Below, one piece after another: positions 10,594-20,486 of a stretch of 32,000 nt of DNA. Made by a program: the position numbers and the translations under genes. Position 1 is the stretch's first letter. Each line of letters starts with the position of its first letter. The DNA is from Alloprevotella sp. (GTDB taxonomy: Bacteria > Bacteroidota > Bacteroidia > Bacteroidales > Bacteroidaceae): contig JAZOUA010000015.1 in NCBI GenBank assembly GCA_045657925.1, positions 646 through 32,645 on the forward strand, written 5' to 3'. The notes under the pieces are model-generated. The model ran no database searches, was not told the DNA's origin, and saw only the letters and a list, made by a program, of their open reading frames with translations.

Positions 10594-12051
10594 ATGATTA
10601 ACTTTCGGCTCATCGCTCATGTAATCTGCTCATTGCTCCTATTGGAAGCAATGTTGCTATCCATCGCATTTGGCGTAGGCTTATATTATAATGAGACTAA
10701 CTATGCAACGTTTGGTCTCCCCATAGTTATAACCCTTGTACTGTCGCTCATCCTCTTTCAAGTAGGAAGAAAAGCAGTTAACAAATTGGGAAGAAGAGAT
10801 GGCTACTTGATTATCTCCTCCACGTGGATTATTTTCTCCATCATCGGGATGCTTCCCTTTCTAATAGGTGGTAGCACAACGAATGTGGCACACGCTTTCT
10901 TTGAAACAATGTCAGGGTTCACTACTACTGGAGCAAGTATTTTCACCAACATAGATGCGCTTCCTCACTCCATCCTTTTTTGGCGCAGCATGACACATTG
11001 GATTGGTGGTATGGGGATTGTGTTCTTCACGGTAGCAATTCTACCTACTATCGGAACAGGCGACCAAAAGCTTTTCTCCGCAGAGTCTACAGGACTGAAA
11101 ATCGGGAAATTACATCCAAAGATTTCTACTACAGCCCGCTGGTTGTGGAGCCTCTATCTACTCCTCACCATTGCATGTACTACAGCATACCACCTTGGAG
11201 GGATGAATCTCTTTGATGCTATCAATCATGGTTTTTCAACCGTAGCTACAGGAGGTTTCTCAACACACCAGGCAAGCATAGCCTACTTCAATAGCGCCAC
11301 TATTGAATATATAGCAGTAGGCTTTATGTTTCTCTCTAGCATCAATTTTACCCTGCTTTACCTCTTTCTTATCAAAATGAGGTTTCGTGAAGTACTAAAA
11401 GATGCTGAATTACGTTTCTTTACTTGTACAGTAGCACTTTCCACTGTCTTCATTGTAGGCACACTCATCGTTGCTCACGAAGCAGACCTCAGTAGCGCCA
11501 TTCGTAGTGCACTTTTCAGTGTGGTTTCTATCTCATCTACTACGGGATTCACCACTGACGATTTTATGATGTGGCATCCTTGCGTATGGATGGTTATAAC
11601 CATGGTGGGAGTAATGGGAGCATGTGCGGGGTCAACTAGTGGAGGTTTGAAATCCATTCGCGTTCTTACGGCATATAAGATTTCGTTGTGCGAATTCAGA
11701 CGTGCCCTTCACCCGAAGGCTGTTTTTCCCGTTCGTATCAACCACACAATCATCACCAACGAGATGAGCCGTACGATTTTCGTCTATTTTGCCATATGCG
11801 CAGGACTCCTCGTTCTTGGGACAGGTATTTTAGCAGCATTAGGCATCCCGATGCTTGATGCCGTAGGGCTCAGTGTTTCTTCCTTTAGTAACATCGGACC
11901 AACACTTGGCCATGCAGTAGGTCCATTAGACTCATGGGATGCGATACCAGACACTGGTCTTTGGGTATGCTCATTCCTTATGCTTGCAGGGCGCTTAGAG
12001 ATATTCTCTTTGCTACTTCCCTTCTTCCCTGACTTTTGGAAAGAAACATAA
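10594..12051 (+). CDS. trkH: Trk system potassium uptake protein TrkH
   Basis: 485 aa polytopic membrane protein with repeated M1-P-M2-like segments (MSGFTTTGAS, STVATGGFS, ISSTTGFT, FSNIGP selectivity-filter-like motifs). It lies 32 nt downstream of trkA. Confidence 0.88.
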   Translation: MINFRLIAHVICSLLLLEAMLLSIAFGVGLYYNETNYATFGLPIVITLVLSLILFQVGRKAVNKLGRRDGYLIISSTWIIFSIIGMLPFLIGGSTTNVAHAFFETMSGFTTTGASIFTNIDALPHSILFWRSMTHWIGGMGIVFFTVAILPTIGTGDQKLFSAESTGLKIGKLHPKISTTARWLWSLYLLLTIACTTAYHLGGMNLFDAINHGFSTVATGGFSTHQASIAYFNSATIEYIAVGFMFLSSINFTLLYLFLIKMRFREVLKDAELRFFTCTVALSTVFIVGTLIVAHEADLSSAIRSALFSVVSISSTTGFTTDDFMMWHPCVWMVITMVGVMGACAGSTSGGLKSIRVLTAYKISLCEFRRALHPKAVFPVRINHTIITNEMSRTIFVYFAICAGLLVLGTGILAALGIPMLDAVGLSVSSFSNIGPTLGHAVGPLDSWDAIPDTGLWVCSFLMLAGRLEIFSLLLPFFPDFWKET

Positions 12052-12160
12052 TTTTAGAGACTATAATGGGGAATGGTGAAAGGTAAAAGGAGGACTGATG
12101 ATGCAGTTAACCTTTCTCGTTCACCTCATAATCGAATAAACTTAACAACCTCAATAAATA

Positions 12161-14203
12161 ATGAAAAAAATTGCATGCACTATGCTTCTTGCTACTTCAT
12201 TAGCAGCCTGCACAGCTCAGGATTCAACTGAGAACAACTTCAATTACACAGATGAGAAGTTTGCAGACATTCAGATGCTTCGTTATCAAGTTGAAGGATT
12301 TGAACAGCTTGATTTGAAGCAACAAACATTAATCTATTACCTCAGCGAAGCCTCTTTAGCGGGTCGCGACATTCTTTTTGACCAGAACGGACGCTACAAC
12401 TTACGCATCCGTCGTATGCTTGAAACGCTCTACACGGATTACCAAGGTAATCGCGAAACAGAGGATTTCAAGAATATGGTAACATACCTTAAGCGCGTTT
12501 GGTTCTCTAACGGTATTCATCACCACTACGGTTGTGAAAAGTTTGAAGCCAACTTCTCTCAGGAGTTCTTCCGTGAAGCGCTTAAAAGCGTTGATGCTTC
12601 TAAGCTACCTTTGACTGAAGGGCAAACCGTTGATCAACTCTGCGATGAAATTTTCCCCGTCATTTTCGACCCAAATGTCATGGCGATGCGTGTCAATCAG
12701 AAAGATGGCGAAGACCTTGTTCTTACTTCTGCTGCTAACTATTATGGTGAAGGAGTAACACAGAAGGAAGCTGAAGACTTCTACGCAAAGATGAAGAAGC
12801 CCGGAGATCAGCAACCCATTATGTATGGTATGAACAGCCGCTTGATGGAAGATGAAAAAGGTAACCTTTATGAAAACGTTTGGAAGGTCGGTGGACTTTA
12901 CGGTCCTGCCATTGAAAAGATTGTATATTGGTTGGAGAAGGCTGTACCTTTTGCGGAAAACGAAAGCCAAACAAAAGTTATCAAGCGCCTTATTGACTAT
13001 TACAAGTCAGGCGATCTCAAGACCTTCGACGATTATAGCATCCTTTGGCTTCAAGATACGCTTAGCCAGGTTGACTTTGTTAACGGCTTCACAGAGAGTT
13101 ATGGAGACCCCCTCGGCATGAAGGCTTCATGGGAAGCTTTAGTCAATTACAAGAACCTTGCAGCAACAGCTCGTGCTGAAAAAATGAGCGAAAATGCACA
13201 ATGGTTTGAAGACCATGCTCCCATTGCCGATGAATTTAAGAAGGAAAAGTGTAAGGGCGTTTCTGCAAAGGTCATTACAGCAGCTATTCTCGGTGGCGAC
13301 CTCTATCCCTCAACGGCTATTGGCATCAACCTTCCCAACTCCGATTGGGTTCGTCGCGACTATGGTTCTAAGAGTGTTACAATTTCGAACCTCACCAGTG
13401 CATACGCTCAAGCATCTGCAGGAAGTGGTATGAATGATGAGTTTGTAGTTGACGATGCTACTCGTGAAATGATAGCAAAATACGGACACCTCTGCGACGA
13501 CCTCCACACAGACCTCCATGAATGTCTTGGCCACGGTTCAGGCAAGTTAGCTCCTGGTGTTGATAGCGAAGCTCTCAAAGCATACAGTTCAACGATAGAA
13601 GAAGCTCGTGCCGACCTCTTTGGCCTCTACTATGTAGCAGATGACAAGATGGTTGAATTGGGACTTACCCCTAATGCTGAAGCCTACAAGTCGCAGTACT
13701 ACACGTACATGCTCAACGGCCTTATGACCCAACTCGTACGAATCAAGCCTGGGTTTACCATCGAAGAAGCCCACATGCGCAACCGCCAACTCATTGCACG
13801 TTGGGCATACGAACATGGTAAGGAAAACAATGTCGTAGAACTCATTAAGCGCGATGGAAAGACATACGTGCAAATTAATGACTACGAAGCCCTCCGCAAC
13901 CTCTTTGGCGAATTACTTCGCGAAATTCAGCGCATCAAGAGCACGGGTGACTTTAACGCTGCACGTGAAATGGTTGAAAAGTATGCAGTAAACGTAGACC
14001 CCGAATTCCACAAGGAAATCCTTGATCGCTACGCAAAGCTCAACCTCGCCCCCTACAAGGGTTTCATCAACCCCGTTTACAATGTAACCTACGATGAAGC
14101 AGGTAATATTACAAAGGTAACGCTTGACTACACAGAAAAATACGACGAGCAAATGCTTCGCTACTCACGCGATTACAACTTCCTCCCCGATGTTAACGAG
14201 TAA
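12161..14203 (+). CDS. dipeptidyl-peptidase III (peptidase family M49) lipoprotein
   Basis: 680 aa. Lipoprotein signal MKKIACTMLLATSLAAC. Carries the M49 zinc motifs HECLGH and EEARAD. Confidence 0.85.
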   Translation: MKKIACTMLLATSLAACTAQDSTENNFNYTDEKFADIQMLRYQVEGFEQLDLKQQTLIYYLSEASLAGRDILFDQNGRYNLRIRRMLETLYTDYQGNRETEDFKNMVTYLKRVWFSNGIHHHYGCEKFEANFSQEFFREALKSVDASKLPLTEGQTVDQLCDEIFPVIFDPNVMAMRVNQKDGEDLVLTSAANYYGEGVTQKEAEDFYAKMKKPGDQQPIMYGMNSRLMEDEKGNLYENVWKVGGLYGPAIEKIVYWLEKAVPFAENESQTKVIKRLIDYYKSGDLKTFDDYSILWLQDTLSQVDFVNGFTESYGDPLGMKASWEALVNYKNLAATARAEKMSENAQWFEDHAPIADEFKKEKCKGVSAKVITAAILGGDLYPSTAIGINLPNSDWVRRDYGSKSVTISNLTSAYAQASAGSGMNDEFVVDDATREMIAKYGHLCDDLHTDLHECLGHGSGKLAPGVDSEALKAYSSTIEEARADLFGLYYVADDKMVELGLTPNAEAYKSQYYTYMLNGLMTQLVRIKPGFTIEEAHMRNRQLIARWAYEHGKENNVVELIKRDGKTYVQINDYEALRNLFGELLREIQRIKSTGDFNAAREMVEKYAVNVDPEFHKEILDRYAKLNLAPYKGFINPVYNVTYDEAGNITKVTLDYTEKYDEQMLRYSRDYNFLPDVNE

Positions 14204-14226
14204 CACTGGAACATAAGATAAACAGG

Positions 14227-14270
14227 AAGGAGATAAATTCTCTATAAATATACAGAGAAAATTCTCCTTT
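14227..14270 (+). terminator. hairpin after the DPP III gene (probable terminator)
   Basis: Outer stem AAGGAGA (14227..14233) with TCTCCTT (14263..14269). Inner stem TTCTCT with AGAGAA. A T-rich tail follows. Confidence 0.5.
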
Positions 14271-14304
14271 CTGATTTCTCAATTTTTATTTTCCTTTTTC
14301 CCCT

Positions 14305-15438
14305 ATGGCTTCAATTCTTATCACTGGCGGCGCAGGATTCATCGGTAGTCACGTGGTTCGCCTTTTTGTTAACAAATATCCTGAATATAAAATTATTAAC
14401 GTAGACAAACTTACATACGCTGGTAATCTTGAAAACCTTAAGGATATAGAAAATGCTACCAACTATACCTTCGTGCGTGCAGACATATGTGATTATGAGC
14501 AGATGTGCAAGCTCATGAAGGAACACGAAGTAACAGGCATTATCCACCTTGCAGCAGAAAGCCACGTTGACCGTAGTATCAAAGATCCCTTTACCTTCGC
14601 TCGTACGAATGTTATGGGAACACTTTCACTCCTTCAAGCAGCAAAGGTGTATTGGGAATCACTCCCTGAGCGCTACGAAGGCAAACGTTTCTACCATATA
14701 TCTACTGACGAAGTTTACGGTGCGTTACAACTTAGCCATCCAGAAGGAATCACTCCTCCATTCACAACTACAGCTTCATCAGAGGAGCATCATTTAGCTT
14801 ATGGTGAGGATTTCTTCTACGAAACAACACCCTACAATCCTCACTCTCCCTATTCTGCCTCAAAGGCTAGTTCTGACCACTTTGTTCGCGCTTTCCACGA
14901 CACGTACGGAATGCCTACCATTGTCACCAACTGCTCCAACAACTACGGCCCCTACCAGTTCCCTGAAAAGCTCATACCGCTCTTCATCAACAACATCCGT
15001 CAGCGCAAGCCTCTCCCCGTCTACGGCAAGGGTGAAAACGTGCGCGATTGGCTTTATGTTGTTGATCACGCACGCGCCATCGACCTCATTTTCCACAAAG
15101 GAGCCGTAAACGAAACGTACAATATAGGAGGCTTTAACGAGTGGAAAAACATTGACATCATCCATGTCATCATCAAGACCGTCGATCGCCTACTCGGCAA
15201 TCCCGAAGGGCACTCCCTCCCCCTCATTACCTACGTCACCGACCGCGCCGGACACGACCTCCGCTATGCCATTGACTCCACCAAGCTCCAACGCGAACTT
15301 GGGTGGGAGCCCTCACTGCAATTTGAGGAAGGCATAGAGAAGACCGTTCGTTGGTATCTTGACAACCAAGAATGGATGGACCGTATCACAAGCGGAGCCT
15401 ACGAACAATATTATGCCTCTATGTACGGCAACCGTTAA
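14305..15438 (+). CDS. rfbB: dTDP-glucose 4,6-dehydratase
   Basis: N-terminal ILITGGAGFIGSH Rossmann motif and catalytic YSASKASSD (YxxxK). The overall length and order are typical of RmlB, with a Bacteroidetes-style insertion. Confidence 0.92.
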   Translation: MASILITGGAGFIGSHVVRLFVNKYPEYKIINVDKLTYAGNLENLKDIENATNYTFVRADICDYEQMCKLMKEHEVTGIIHLAAESHVDRSIKDPFTFARTNVMGTLSLLQAAKVYWESLPERYEGKRFYHISTDEVYGALQLSHPEGITPPFTTTASSEEHHLAYGEDFFYETTPYNPHSPYSASKASSDHFVRAFHDTYGMPTIVTNCSNNYGPYQFPEKLIPLFINNIRQRKPLPVYGKGENVRDWLYVVDHARAIDLIFHKGAVNETYNIGGFNEWKNIDIIHVIIKTVDRLLGNPEGHSLPLITYVTDRAGHDLRYAIDSTKLQRELGWEPSLQFEEGIEKTVRWYLDNQEWMDRITSGAYEQYYASMYGNR

Positions 15439-15443
15439 CCCCT

Positions 15444-15493
15444 TAAAGCGTTGAGAAGGAAGTGCACTATGGCATAATCTTCTCAACGCTTTA
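15444..15493 (+). terminator. strong hairpin after rfbB (15-bp perfect stem)
   Basis: taaagcgttgagaag (15444..15458) is the exact reverse complement of cttctcaacgcttta (15479..15493). The flanks are A-rich 5' and T-rich 3', so it could act on either strand. Confidence 0.7.
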
Positions 15494-15562
15494 TTATGTC
15501 AATAAGTGGCTGAACAAATTGCAACTTTTTCAAAAATAGATATCAGTTCGTGAAAATAGTTG

Positions 15563-15570
15563 TAACTTTG
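15563..15570 (+). promoter_or_regulatory. Bacteroidetes -7 box (TAACTTTG) for the DegT-family gene
   Basis: Exact TAnnTTTG, 47 nt upstream of ATG 15617 and downstream of the rfbB terminator. Confidence 0.5.
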
Positions 15571-15616
15571 TTTGTTCTTACACTACGGAACCACCAAACC
15601 GCCCATTCACTGAGAT

Positions 15617-16732
15617 ATGATTAAATTCCTCGACCTTCAAGCCATCACTCATAAATATCGCCATGAAATCCATGATGCACTGCTGCGCACTGCGGACAGC
15701 GGGTGGTACTTATTAGGCGAAGAGACAAAACAATTTGAGACAGCTTACGCCTCCTACATAGGAACGAAGCATTGCGTAGGGTGCGGCAACGGGTTAGACG
15801 CATTGACGCTCATATTTAAGGCGCTGATACGCATGGGGCATTTGCAGATTGGGGATGAAGTATTCGTTACAGGCAACACCTTTGTAGCCTCCGTTCACGC
15901 CCTAACACAGAATGGTCTTCGTCCCATTTTCATAGACGCACGCGATGACAACGGACAGTTAAATGAAGCCCTGCTTAAAAGTGTGCTAACGACACGAAGC
16001 AAAGCGCTGCTGACTGTTCACTTATATGGACAAAACTCATTAACAGAAGGAATTATAAACTTTTGTGAGAGTAACAATTTACTACTCATTGAAGACAATG
16101 CTCAGGCACACGGATGCCGTTACAACGGGCTACGCACAGGGAGCATTGGTCTTGCTGCAGCTCATAGTTTTTATCCTGGGAAGAATTTAGGAGCATTAGG
16201 GGACGGCGGGGCTATTACTACGGACAACGAAGAACTAGCACTCCTTGTACGTCAATTGGGCAATTACGGCTACTCGCACAAATATGTTTGCGACGAAATG
16301 GGAAGAAATTCACGTTTGGATGAGATACAAGCAGCCATTTTAAACGTTAAATTGCGCCATTTGGACGAGGACATTGCACTGCGTCAAGCCATAGCACAGT
16401 ACTATCGCGAAAATATCACACTCCCCTATCTGCGACTTCCTGTTGTGGAAGAAAAGGAGAGTCACGTTTACCACCTTTTCCCCATACGCTGTAAACAACG
16501 CGACCGACTGCAATCCTTCTTGATGGAAAAGGGAATTGAAACACTGATTCACTACCCAATTCCTCCTCATAAGCAATTATGCTACAAGGAATACAACCTA
16601 CTGACGCTACCCGTGACGGAGACTATCTGTAAGGAAGTGTTAAGCCTCCCGATAAGCCCTGTCATGAACTTATCGGATGCAGAAACAGTTGTACGTGCAC
16701 TCCATGATTTTCGGTTTACGGGAAACGATTGA
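15617..16732 (+). CDS. DegT/DnrJ/EryC1/StrS family aminotransferase (nucleotide-sugar aminotransferase)
   Basis: 371 aa. N-terminal IKFLDL...[11 protein letters not shown], and the PLP-lysine motif [15 protein letters not shown]. It has its own -7 box at 15563..15570. Confidence 0.88.
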   Translation: MIKFLDLQAITHKYRHEIHDALLRTADSGWYLLGEETKQFETAYASYIGTKHCVGCGNGLDALTLIFKALIRMGHLQIGDEVFVTGNTFVASVHALTQNGLRPIFIDARDDNGQLNEALLKSVLTTRSKALLTVHLYGQNSLTEGIINFCESNNLLLIEDNAQAHGCRYNGLRTGSIGLAAAHSFYPGKNLGALGDGGAITTDNEELALLVRQLGNYGYSHKYVCDEMGRNSRLDEIQAAILNVKLRHLDEDIALRQAIAQYYRENITLPYLRLPVVEEKESHVYHLFPIRCKQRDRLQSFLMEKGIETLIHYPIPPHKQLCYKEYNLLTLPVTETICKEVLSLPISPVMNLSDAETVVRALHDFRFTGND

Positions 16733-16868
16733 ATATGAAAGGTTAACGGCTTTAGACCAACGTAATCTTTACCCGTTTTCACTTCTCCTCCCCCTGCCCA
16801 ATCTATCAATTCAGACATTGTTTAGAAAACTTTTAGACTAAGGTTGCGTGTACTGCAAATATTTTATG

Positions 16869-16876
16869 TAACTTTG
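16869..16876 (+). promoter_or_regulatory. Bacteroidetes -7 box (TAACTTTG) for the LptD-like gene
   Basis: Exact TAnnTTTG followed by CA, only 10 nt upstream of TTG 16887. Confidence 0.5.
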
Positions 16877-16886
16877 CAGAAAGTTT

Positions 16887-19682
16887 TTGACAAAAAGACA
16901 TCCCCTCTTGAAGACGAAGTTTCTAACGATTTTGCTCAGCGTCATTGCTATTTGCGCAACGGCTGGCAACACACACCATACAACTCAATTCGCAAAAGCT
17001 TTGGCGATGTGGAAACCCCACTTCGTCAAAGCTTTTGTTGCTGATACTATCGCAACAGATTCAGTTGCGACCGACACTCTTGCCACCGACTCCTTACCCG
17101 CCAGAAAGCGCGAAGCAGGAATTGAGTCACCCATTGATTTCGTGGCAAAGGACTCTATGATTTATGATGCTAAGGCGGGATTGGCTTTCCTTTACGGAGA
17201 TGCTGAAGTAAAGTATCAAAACATGGAACTCACAGCTGCTCAGATAGCCATGAACATGGATAGCAGCATAGTGAAAGCAGACGGCAGAACAGACACAACA
17301 GGCGTCGTACATGGTAAGCCCCTATTCAAACAAGGCGGTGAGGAATACGATAGTCAATCCATGGCCTTCAACTTTAAAACGAAGAAGGGCTTCATTCAGA
17401 ACACGTATACCGCCCAGGGCAATGGTTTCATGCAAAGTACGCGTTCAAAGCGAACTGACGATGGTATTGTTTACTTGGAAAAGGCGAAGTACACAACTTG
17501 TGATGCCGAACATCCTCACTTCTACCTAGCCGTTTCACGTGCTAAAATGCGACCAGGAAAGGACGTTGTGTTTGGTCCTTCTTACCTTGTGGTTGAGGAC
17601 GTACCGCTTCCATTGGCAATTCCTTATGGTTTCTTCCCCTTCAACAAGAAGTATTCATCAGGTTTCTTAATGCCCACGATTGGTGATGAAACAACACGTG
17701 GATTCTATCTTCGCGATGGAGGATATTATTTTGCATTGAGCGACTATATGGACCTCCGCTTACTCGGCGAAATATACACCAAAGGTTCATGGGGTTTGAG
17801 TGCAGAAACGAACTACCGCAAACGTTATCGCTACAACGGTAACTTCTATATCAGCTATCTGAACACAGTAGAGGGTGAAAAGAACATGCCCGACTACTCT
17901 AAACAGACGAGCCTTAAGATTCAATGGACTCATTCTATGGATAGCAAGGCCGTGCCCAACACAAGTTTTTCGGCCCGCGTTAACTTTGCATCGCAAAACT
18001 ATGAGCGTAATAACATCTTGAGCATGTATGACCCAGTGGCTTACTCTCAAAGCACTCGTGCCAGCGCCGTAAGTTTCTCTCGCACATTCCCTAATATCGG
18101 ATTGAATCTTGCCATGTCTACCAACCTCACGCAGAACATGCGTGACTCAACCGTAGCCATGACTCTCCCCGACCTCTCTATCAGCGTCAACCGCTTCTAT
18201 CCCTTCAAGCGTAAGTATGCTGCGGGAAAGCAAAAGTGGTATGAGAAAATTTCAATGTCGTATACTGGTGCCTTTACCAATAGCATTACGACTACGGAAA
18301 CCAAGCTCTTCAAGTCGAACCTCATTAAAGATTGGCGCAATGGTATGCAACACCGCATTCCTATTGATGCTACTTTCCAAATCTTTAAGTACATTAATGT
18401 TACACCTTCATTCTCATTCCGCGACATTATGTACACCCATAAGGAAGAACGCTCATGGGATGCTAGTCGTCAGCGCGAAGTGCGCGACACGGTTTATGGC
18501 TTCTACAATCTCTACGACTGGAATGCTTCACTCTCAGCAAACACTACACTCTATGGTTTTTACCAACCTCTTCCACAGATCTTCGGGAATAAGGTTCAAA
18601 TGATTCGCCACGTCTTTAAGCCTTCAATATCATTCAGTTACTCTCCTGATTTTACATCTTCACATTACGGGTATACAACGTATTACACTAAGACTGACGC
18701 AGAGGGCAATGTTTCTACCGTAACCTACTCTCCCTATGCTGGTCAAGTGTATGGTTATCCAACGGGAAGAAAGACTGGTAGCATTTCAATGTCTATCTCA
18801 AACAACCTTGAAATGAAAATTAATAGTAAGAGAGACTCAACAGGCGTAAAGAAGATTAGCCTTATTGACGAACTTGCAGCTTCACTCTCTTACAACTTGG
18901 CGGCAGATCGCAAGCCTTGGAGCGACCTTAACACTCGCATCCGACTTAAACTTACTCCGAAATACACCTTTTCTATGGCGGCAGTATTCGCTACTTACGC
19001 CTATGAATTTGATAAGAATGGCAACGTAATTGTTGGCGATCGCACAGAATGGAGCCACGGACGCTTCGGACGTTTCCAAGGTATGTCACAAAACATTTCA
19101 TATACGTTCAACAATCAGACTTTCCAAAAAATATGGGGTAAAGTGACTGGTGCCGACAAGGAGCAAGATGCTCCTCCCGTTGAAGAGACTGAAGACGGTT
19201 ATGAAAGTATTGAAGACGCAAACATTGACCCCGACATCAAGGAAGCACGCAAGGCGAGCAAGAATATGAAGTCGGAAAAGGGTGTTGTTGACGATGATGG
19301 TTATCTTGCCTTTAAAATTCCTTGGTCGGTAACAGTGTCATATGGTGTAACTATGAGCGAAGACCGTTCCAAGCCAATCCGAGTAAGCAACATGCGCTAC
19401 CCATATAAGTATACGCAGAACCTCAATTTCTCGGGTTATATACGTATAGCCGATGGTTGGAGCATTTCCTACTCTTCTGGCTACGACTTCAATTACAAAA
19501 AGCTCTCAATGACAACTGCGTCACTTTCACGCGACCTTCACTGCTTTGAAATGTCGTGTAATGTAGTGTTGCGCCCATACTCTTCGTTCAACTTCTGCTT
19601 CCGTGCAAGAGCATCAGAATTGGCAGATGCCTTGAAATGGGATAAACGAAGCGGATATAGTAGTAACATTGAGTGGTATTAA
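16887..19682 (+). CDS. LptD/OstA-like outer-membrane LPS-assembly protein
   Basis: ~930 aa. A signal-like FLTILLSVIAICATAG is followed by an OstA-N-like segment (FVAKDSMIYDAKAGLAFLYGDAEVKYQNMELTAAQI) and a long beta-rich C-terminus ending in an aromatic residue (EWY). No in-frame ATG precedes the signal peptide, so the start is TTG 16887 or TTG 16908. Confidence 0.7.
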   Translation: MTKRHPLLKTKFLTILLSVIAICATAGNTHHTTQFAKALAMWKPHFVKAFVADTIATDSVATDTLATDSLPARKREAGIESPIDFVAKDSMIYDAKAGLAFLYGDAEVKYQNMELTAAQIAMNMDSSIVKADGRTDTTGVVHGKPLFKQGGEEYDSQSMAFNFKTKKGFIQNTYTAQGNGFMQSTRSKRTDDGIVYLEKAKYTTCDAEHPHFYLAVSRAKMRPGKDVVFGPSYLVVEDVPLPLAIPYGFFPFNKKYSSGFLMPTIGDETTRGFYLRDGGYYFALSDYMDLRLLGEIYTKGSWGLSAETNYRKRYRYNGNFYISYLNTVEGEKNMPDYSKQTSLKIQWTHSMDSKAVPNTSFSARVNFASQNYERNNILSMYDPVAYSQSTRASAVSFSRTFPNIGLNLAMSTNLTQNMRDSTVAMTLPDLSISVNRFYPFKRKYAAGKQKWYEKISMSYTGAFTNSITTTETKLFKSNLIKDWRNGMQHRIPIDATFQIFKYINVTPSFSFRDIMYTHKEERSWDASRQREVRDTVYGFYNLYDWNASLSANTTLYGFYQPLPQIFGNKVQMIRHVFKPSISFSYSPDFTSSHYGYTTYYTKTDAEGNVSTVTYSPYAGQVYGYPTGRKTGSISMSISNNLEMKINSKRDSTGVKKISLIDELAASLSYNLAADRKPWSDLNTRIRLKLTPKYTFSMAAVFATYAYEFDKNGNVIVGDRTEWSHGRFGRFQGMSQNISYTFNNQTFQKIWGKVTGADKEQDAPPVEETEDGYESIEDANIDPDIKEARKASKNMKSEKGVVDDDGYLAFKIPWSVTVSYGVTMSEDRSKPIRVSNMRYPYKYTQNLNFSGYIRIADGWSISYSSGYDFNYKKLSMTTASLSRDLHCFEMSCNVVLRPYSSFNFCFRARASELADALKWDKRSGYSSNIEWY

Positions 19683-19772
19683 TAAAGCGTTGAGTGATGA
19701 GTGACAAGCAACAAACATTTAAGCAAAATGCTTTTCACTCATACCTCCAATCCTCCTCTAAAATCATACTTT

Positions 19773-20486
19773 ATGAAAAAGTTCTTTTTCCTCGCTACAC
19801 TTGTAGCTACTATATTTACCTCTTGTTCTAAGAGTGAGTATGAATTTCACCAAACATACTTCACTCCTCAGGAACCCAACGGCAAGATTCTCTATGCCGA
19901 CCAAGAAAGCGACTCCACTCGTATCATTTCTTACGACCCTTGGACAGCTTCGGCCGTTTTTAACTCTGGAGTAACTTCCTGGTTCACAATAACTCCTACT
20001 GAATGTAACTTCAAAGCAGGCGAACAATTTGCAAGCATGCGTATTGACATTCAAGGAAGCATCAATAACACAGGTAAAATTCGTAGCGGACACATCGTAG
20101 TTAAGAGTTTCGACACCGTTGGCATGCTTGTTAAGCAAACAACATGGCTCAACATCATTCGTCCTTTCGGAGAGGCTGTGAATTATGACCAGACGGGCAA
20201 TCTCCTTCCTGAAGAAGAACGTTATATGAAGTTTACGGGTGAAGTTCCCTCAACAAACAACCAGTTTGAAATTGAATTTAAAGTGTATGCCGACAATGCT
20301 ACACTTTCAAGTAACGTTGATTGGCTAATTCCTGCTGCATCAACATTCTCAGCAGGCAAACATATTGTTGTGATTGTCGCAAATGAGAACGAACAAACAG
20401 AGCCCCGTGTAGGCGTTCTTACTCTTACTTCAAACGGTATCAGTTCGCCCATTACGATTACACAAGCTAAAGCGAACAACAAATAA
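19773..20486 (+). CDS. lipoprotein with two BACON-like domains
   Basis: Start moved to ATG 19773, giving MKKFFFLATLVATIFTSC (lipobox). Two segments show the BACON pattern: W[FL]..P...G....I.V..N....R.G.I.V, and ...RVGVLTLTS...SPITITQ. Confidence 0.6.
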   Translation: MKKFFFLATLVATIFTSCSKSEYEFHQTYFTPQEPNGKILYADQESDSTRIISYDPWTASAVFNSGVTSWFTITPTECNFKAGEQFASMRIDIQGSINNTGKIRSGHIVVKSFDTVGMLVKQTTWLNIIRPFGEAVNYDQTGNLLPEEERYMKFTGEVPSTNNQFEIEFKVYADNATLSSNVDWLIPAASTFSAGKHIVVIVANENEQTEPRVGVLTLTSNGISSPITITQAKANNK

